Below the pieces are notes generated by a model that was given only the letters and a program-made list of their open reading frames with translations, ran no database searches and had not been told where the DNA came from. Positions 60,410 to 64,000 of a stretch of DNA of 64,000 nt are shown in pieces. How positions within the stretch are numbered: position 1 is the first letter of the stretch; each line of letters begins with the position of its first letter. Origin of the DNA: Solirubrobacterales bacterium (GTDB lineage Bacteria > Actinomycetota > Thermoleophilia > Solirubrobacterales > 70-9); the NCBI GenBank assembly GCA_035688955.1, contig DASSMJ010000017.1, positions 14,061 through 78,060 on the forward strand, in the 5' to 3' direction. The position numbers were made by a program, and so were the translations under genes.

Positions 60410-61603
60410 ATGGAGGCGTGGCTCGACGAACTGAGGCCCTACGCCGGCGAGCCGAAAGGTAGCGCCGGCTGGCGCCTTGCCAAAGCGAGCTGGAGGCTGG
60501 TCGGCGGACAGCGGACGATCCTCCAGCTCGTCCTCGTCCTTGCTGCTGTGGCAGCCGCGCAGGTCTACTTCGTCTCCAGCTCGCATCTGCACTGGCGCGG
60601 CGGCGACATCGCCTGGATCCTCCTGCTGGATGCCGCGGAGATGTTCGTGGCGACCTACCTCCTCGCCGCCATCGTGGCGAGTGCCGACGCGACGCTTGAC
60701 GGAGTCTCACTCGACCTCGCCGCCGCTCTTGACGAGGCGCGGGAGCGCCTGCGTCCGCTGCTGGGCTGGGCGGCCCTCTTCTTCGTGGGCTGGATCGGCT
60801 TCTTTCAGATCGGGCGCGGCCTCCACTCGCCGCTGGCCGGGTTCCTCGGGCTGCTCGCCTGGTACCTCGTCACCTTCTTCGCGATCCCGCTCGTGGTCCT
60901 CGGGGGCATGGGTCCCAGATTGGCGCTCCGCGAATCGCTGGGCCTGCTGCGCGGACGCAAGCGACAGGTCTTCATTGCCCTCCTGGGAACCTTCTTCTTC
61001 CTCGGCCTGATCGCGGAGGTCCCCGGCACGATCCTGCTTACCCACGCCGCCGCCCTGCACCAGGAAACCGGGGAGATTCCGCATCTGCTCTTCGCGCTCG
61101 GCCTGTTCGTCACCTTCGCCGGGTTCGGGCTCGCCGTCGCCGCCAAAGAAGTGTTCGCGGTGATGGTCGTGCGCGACGAGATCGACGACCTCTCGCCGCG
61201 GGAATACGCCGGCAGGCGCCGCAGTCGCGGGGTCAGATTCCTGCGCTTCTGCGGCGCTCTGGTGCTTTTAGTTGCCGTATTTGCGGCGATGATGGCGATC
61301 AACAAGAACGACCGCGCGGTGGTGAAGGAGGCCAACTCACCAGGGTCCAACTACACGACCGAGGTCGCGTATGACGGCGAGTTGCCGTCGGGCTCGGAAG
61401 TCCTCTACCGCGGTCGCAAGATAGGCGAGGTGCTGGGCTCGGAGCGGGACGGCTCAGGGCTTCGCGTCAGGTTCCACGTCGAACCGGGGTTCAGCCCTAC
61501 GTCTACGCCGGGCGAACTGCGCGTGGAAGCACCACTGGGGACGGCCTGCCTCGTCCTCATAGCGACCGGCGAAACGTCCGCCGGCGCACCAGCCTTCTAT
61601 TAG
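60410..61603 (+). CDS. Polytopic membrane protein, DUF6159-like N-terminal half plus extra C-terminal soluble domain
   Basis: 397 aa. GWRLAKASWRLVGGQRTIL and the TM layout parallel the protein at 32722..33588. The ~90-aa C-terminus (YRGRKIGEVLG...LRVRFHVEPG) is unassigned. Confidence 0.5.
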   Translation: MEAWLDELRPYAGEPKGSAGWRLAKASWRLVGGQRTILQLVLVLAAVAAAQVYFVSSSHLHWRGGDIAWILLLDAAEMFVATYLLAAIVASADATLDGVSLDLAAALDEARERLRPLLGWAALFFVGWIGFFQIGRGLHSPLAGFLGLLAWYLVTFFAIPLVVLGGMGPRLALRESLGLLRGRKRQVFIALLGTFFFLGLIAEVPGTILLTHAAALHQETGEIPHLLFALGLFVTFAGFGLAVAAKEVFAVMVVRDEIDDLSPREYAGRRRSRGVRFLRFCGALVLLVAVFAAMMAINKNDRAVVKEANSPGSNYTTEVAYDGELPSGSEVLYRGRKIGEVLGSERDGSGLRVRFHVEPGFSPTSTPGELRVEAPLGTACLVLIATGETSAGAPAFY

Positions 61604-62646
61604 GGCCGCCGCGTCGGCTTAGGGGCTAGGAACTCGAGCACGCGCTTGGCGTCTGCCTCCAGCGCGGCCGCGTCCTTGCTCTTCACCTTGCCTAGATGCT
61701 CGATCGTCAGCTTGCCGCCGGCGAGGCGCCAAGTCGCGACCGCTCGGCCGTTGACCATCGCGAAAGGGCGGAAGATGCCGTTGCTGGTGACCAGCATCTT
61801 GTGCGGGCCGACGATTTCCTCGCGGGAGGTCCAGCCGAGCAGGACTGGGTCGAAGGGCCCGAGCAGGCGGGGCGGCGGGGTCGGCGCTGCCGGCAGGGCC
61901 TTCTTCAGCTCGACGAGGCCGTCCTCGCGCTCGACCAGCTGCTTCGCGATCGCCGCCAGGCCCGCGCGCGCGTCGCGCAACGGCAGCCCCGCCCAGCGGG
62001 CCAGGTCGCGATCGTCGGCCGGACCGTGGCCAACCAGGTAGCGGCGCGCCAGCTCCGCCAGGGCCCGCTCGCGCCCAACCGGCTTCTGCTCGCCGAGCCA
62101 GTCGCGGACGAGGACGAAGGCGTGCTCCTTGCCGACCATCGGGCCGCGAACCGCGACGCCGCGCAGCGTCGCCAGGAAGAGCAGGTGGACCAGCGCCTGC
62201 CCGGCCGTCGGCACGCCGGCGGCATCGAGGCGGTCACGCAGCTGCGGGCGCGTCCGCGGCCCCTCCTCGACCAGCGCCTTCTCGATCACCCCCACACCCT
62301 TCTCGGCCGCCTCCTCGCTGACTCCCTCCTGCCGTAGACGCCGCGTGTTCGAACTCAGGATCGGCGGCGTCGTCAGCGCGTGCAGCCACGGGTAGTCCAC
62401 GCTGCGCACCAGGTGCAGGGTGCCCCGGTTGAGCCAAGTGATCAGCAGCGTGCGCTCCTCCGTCAGCGCGCGGTCCACATCGGCGGCGTTGACCCCCGTG
62501 GTCCTCGCGCGCACCGCCAGACGAGTGCCCCGCGGATCCTGTCCCTGTACCGCAAGCAGGCGGTCCGCCACAGCCTCCGCCGAGCGCAGGGGCTCCCCGG
62601 CGAGGGCTTGGGAGGTCAGTCTTTCTGGGAGGGGCGTCCGGGCCAC
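61600..62646 (-). CDS. Winged-helix YcaQ/AlkZ-family protein (DNA interstrand-crosslink glycosylase-like, DUF1006)
   Basis: 348 aa. LLAVQGQDPRGTRLAVRARTTG...LTEERTLLITWLNRGTLHLVRSVDYPWL... matches my memory of the YcaQ family. Confidence 0.75.
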   Translation of the reverse strand: MARTPLPERLTSQALAGEPLRSAEAVADRLLAVQGQDPRGTRLAVRARTTGVNAADVDRALTEERTLLITWLNRGTLHLVRSVDYPWLHALTTPPILSSNTRRLRQEGVSEEAAEKGVGVIEKALVEEGPRTRPQLRDRLDAAGVPTAGQALVHLLFLATLRGVAVRGPMVGKEHAFVLVRDWLGEQKPVGRERALAELARRYLVGHGPADDRDLARWAGLPLRDARAGLAAIAKQLVEREDGLVELKKALPAAPTPPPRLLGPFDPVLLGWTSREEIVGPHKMLVTSNGIFRPFAMVNGRAVATWRLAGGKLTIEHLGKVKSKDAAALEADAKRVLEFLAPKPTRRP

Positions 62647-62668
62647 GAAGCCCGATGATGACGCGGCG

Positions 62669-63226
62669 CTAGGAGACCTTCAGCAGCTTGACCAGGAAGA
62701 CCAGGGTCGAGTTGGGCGGAATCGGTTCTCTCCCTTCGGAGCCGTAAGCCAGATTCGGAGGGATGATCAGTTCTCGTTCGCCGCCGACCTTCATCCCCTG
62801 CACTCCCTGATCCCAGCCTTTGATGACTTCGCCGACTCCAAGTTTGAAGCTAAACGGTTCGTCGTCGCCCCAGTTGGCGTCGAAAAGCTTCTTCGTCTTG
62901 TAAACCACGCCGACGTAGTGGACGGTGACCTGGTCCCCGGGCTTCGCCACCGCGCCCGATCCCGTCTTCTCGTCCTTTATCACCAGCTTCTTCGGCGGCG
63001 GGCCCGAGGGAACAGTCGGATGCGGCAGTTCCGCCGCCCGCTTTTCTTCTTCTTCGGCAGTTTTTTCGTCAGCTTCTTTTTCTTTCCTAGCGGCCACTTT
63101 TTCTTCCTTTTCCACTTCTTCCAACGCCTTTTCACCACCGGTGGCGGTCGAGTCGGAGGAATTACTGCCACAGCCAGCGGCCACGAGGGCTAGGCAGGCC
63201 AAAATGATCAAGAAGAATCGCTGCAT
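62669..63226 (-). CDS. Canonical FKBP-type peptidyl-prolyl cis-trans isomerase lipoprotein
   Basis: Lipobox LVAAGC. GDQVTVHYVGVVYKTKKLFDANWG..EPFSFKLGVGEVIKGWDQGVQGMKVGGERELIIPPNLAYG...IPPNSTLVFLVKLLKV is a full FKBP signature. Start taken at MQRFFL (63226). Confidence 0.85.
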   Translation of the reverse strand: MQRFFLIILACLALVAAGCGSNSSDSTATGGEKALEEVEKEEKVAARKEKEADEKTAEEEEKRAAELPHPTVPSGPPPKKLVIKDEKTGSGAVAKPGDQVTVHYVGVVYKTKKLFDANWGDDEPFSFKLGVGEVIKGWDQGVQGMKVGGERELIIPPNLAYGSEGREPIPPNSTLVFLVKLLKVS

Positions 63227-63245
63227 CGGCGGCATGCTACACGCG

Positions 63246-63512
63246 TCAGCGTCGCCGCGGCAGCTCGTCCACATGATCGGCCGAGATGGTCAGCACCACG
63301 CCGCGCTCGTGGATTCGCTCCACCTCCGGCGCGTCGACGAAGCGCCGACCGCCCGGGCCGCGCTTGGTGTCGAAGAGGATGCCGTCGAACATGTTGGCCT
63401 CGGGCGCGGCCAGGACCTTGCTCACCCGTCCCACCTGCTCGCCGTCGCTGGCGTAGACGGGCACTCCCCGCTTCAAGACCAGGTAGGAGAGGGGCGCCCC
63501 GAGGTCGTCCAT
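63246..63512 (-). CDS. PRC-barrel domain protein
   Basis: 88 aa. VLKRGVPVYASDGEQVGRVSKVL...MFDGILF fits the PRC-barrel pattern. Confidence 0.6.
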   Translation of the reverse strand: MDDLGAPLSYLVLKRGVPVYASDGEQVGRVSKVLAAPEANMFDGILFDTKRGPGGRRFVDAPEVERIHERGVVLTISADHVDELPRRR

Positions 63513-63582
63513 CGAGCGAGCCTAACGGAGCGCAACCTTCCGCTTAGACTGGCCCTCGGGGAAATCGACAGGGGGAGAAACG

Positions 63583-64000
63583 ATGGGCCTGAACCTCGCA
63601 TCGATCGTGACCGAGAGCGCCGCGCGGACGCCGGAGGCTGTGGCCGTGCGCCTGGGCCCGCTCGGGCTCACCTACGGCGAGCTCGACCAGCGCAGCGCCC
63701 GCCTGGCGACGCTGCTGCGGGAGAAGGGGCTGCAGCAGGGCGACCGGGTCGGGGTGATGCTGCCGAACGTCCTCGAGTTCCCGATCTCCTACTACGGCGT
63801 GCTCCGCGCCGGCGGGGTAGTGGTGCCGATGAACGTGCTGCTGAAGCGGCGCGAGATCGCCTTCTACCTCGAGGATTCGGGCGCGAAGCTGCTGCTCGCC
63901 TGGCACGGATTCGGCGAGGAAGCTCGCGAGGGCGCCGCCGCGGCTGGCGCCGAGCTGATCGAGGTCGAACCGGAGACCTTCGCCGCGCTGCTCGACGAGC
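63583..64000 (+). CDS. AMP-dependent synthetase/ligase (acyl-CoA synthetase), 5' part only; runs off the window
   Basis: ATG preceded by GGGGGAG. The translation MGLNLASIVTESAARTPEAVAVRLGPLGLTYGELDQRSARLATLLREKGLQQGDRVGVMLPNVLEFPISYYGVLRAGGVVVPMN is a typical ANL-superfamily N-terminus. It is not in the ORF track because there is no stop inside the window. Confidence 0.8.
   Translation, partial: MGLNLASIVTESAARTPEAVAVRLGPLGLTYGELDQRSARLATLLREKGLQQGDRVGVMLPNVLEFPISYYGVLRAGGVVVPMNVLLKRREIAFYLEDSGAKLLLAWHGFGEEAREGAAAAGAELIEVEPETFAALLDE

Overview
High-G+C, actinobacterial-type chromosomal segment. The CSLREA/beta-helix proteins with PPDTKI-type Ig-like tails hint at a Thermoleophilia/Solirubrobacterales-like organism, but that is inference only. 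The backbone is a conserved housekeeping string, almost entirely on the minus strand: rsmI-metG ... tatD-rsmA-ispE ... glmU-prs-L25(ctc)-pth ... mfd-PPIase-eno-ftsB. It also carries ppx, glyQS, a ROK glucokinase, an LCP protein and three tRNAs (initiator Met, Leu-UAA, Gln-UUG). Lineage-specific inserts interrupt this string: two tandem ~750-aa CSLREA/beta-helix secreted paralogs, a DAG-kinase/PAP2/DedA lipid cluster, an ABC pair plus a collagen-like secreted protein, and a run of FKBP-like lipoproteins. The stand-out region is a ~4.2 kb, visibly lower-G+C islet (about 1823..6082) inserted at the 3' end of the initiator tRNA-Met gene. It is bounded by a 50/51-nt direct repeat of the tRNA 3' half and has no integrase. 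It carries a HigBA-like toxin-antitoxin pair and a two-gene operon of unrecognised proteins. One is a 419-aa protein with a C-terminal HEPN-like R-x4-H signature. The other is a 599-aa, membrane-anchored, alpha-helical-repeat protein. I consider this operon the best candidate for an undescribed defence or abortive-infection type system. I saw no CRISPR array, transposase, integrase or rRNA. Many very long ORFs in the track are antisense or out-of-frame high-GC artefacts and were rejected. All calls come from reading the translated ORFs and the DNA. No database search was run.
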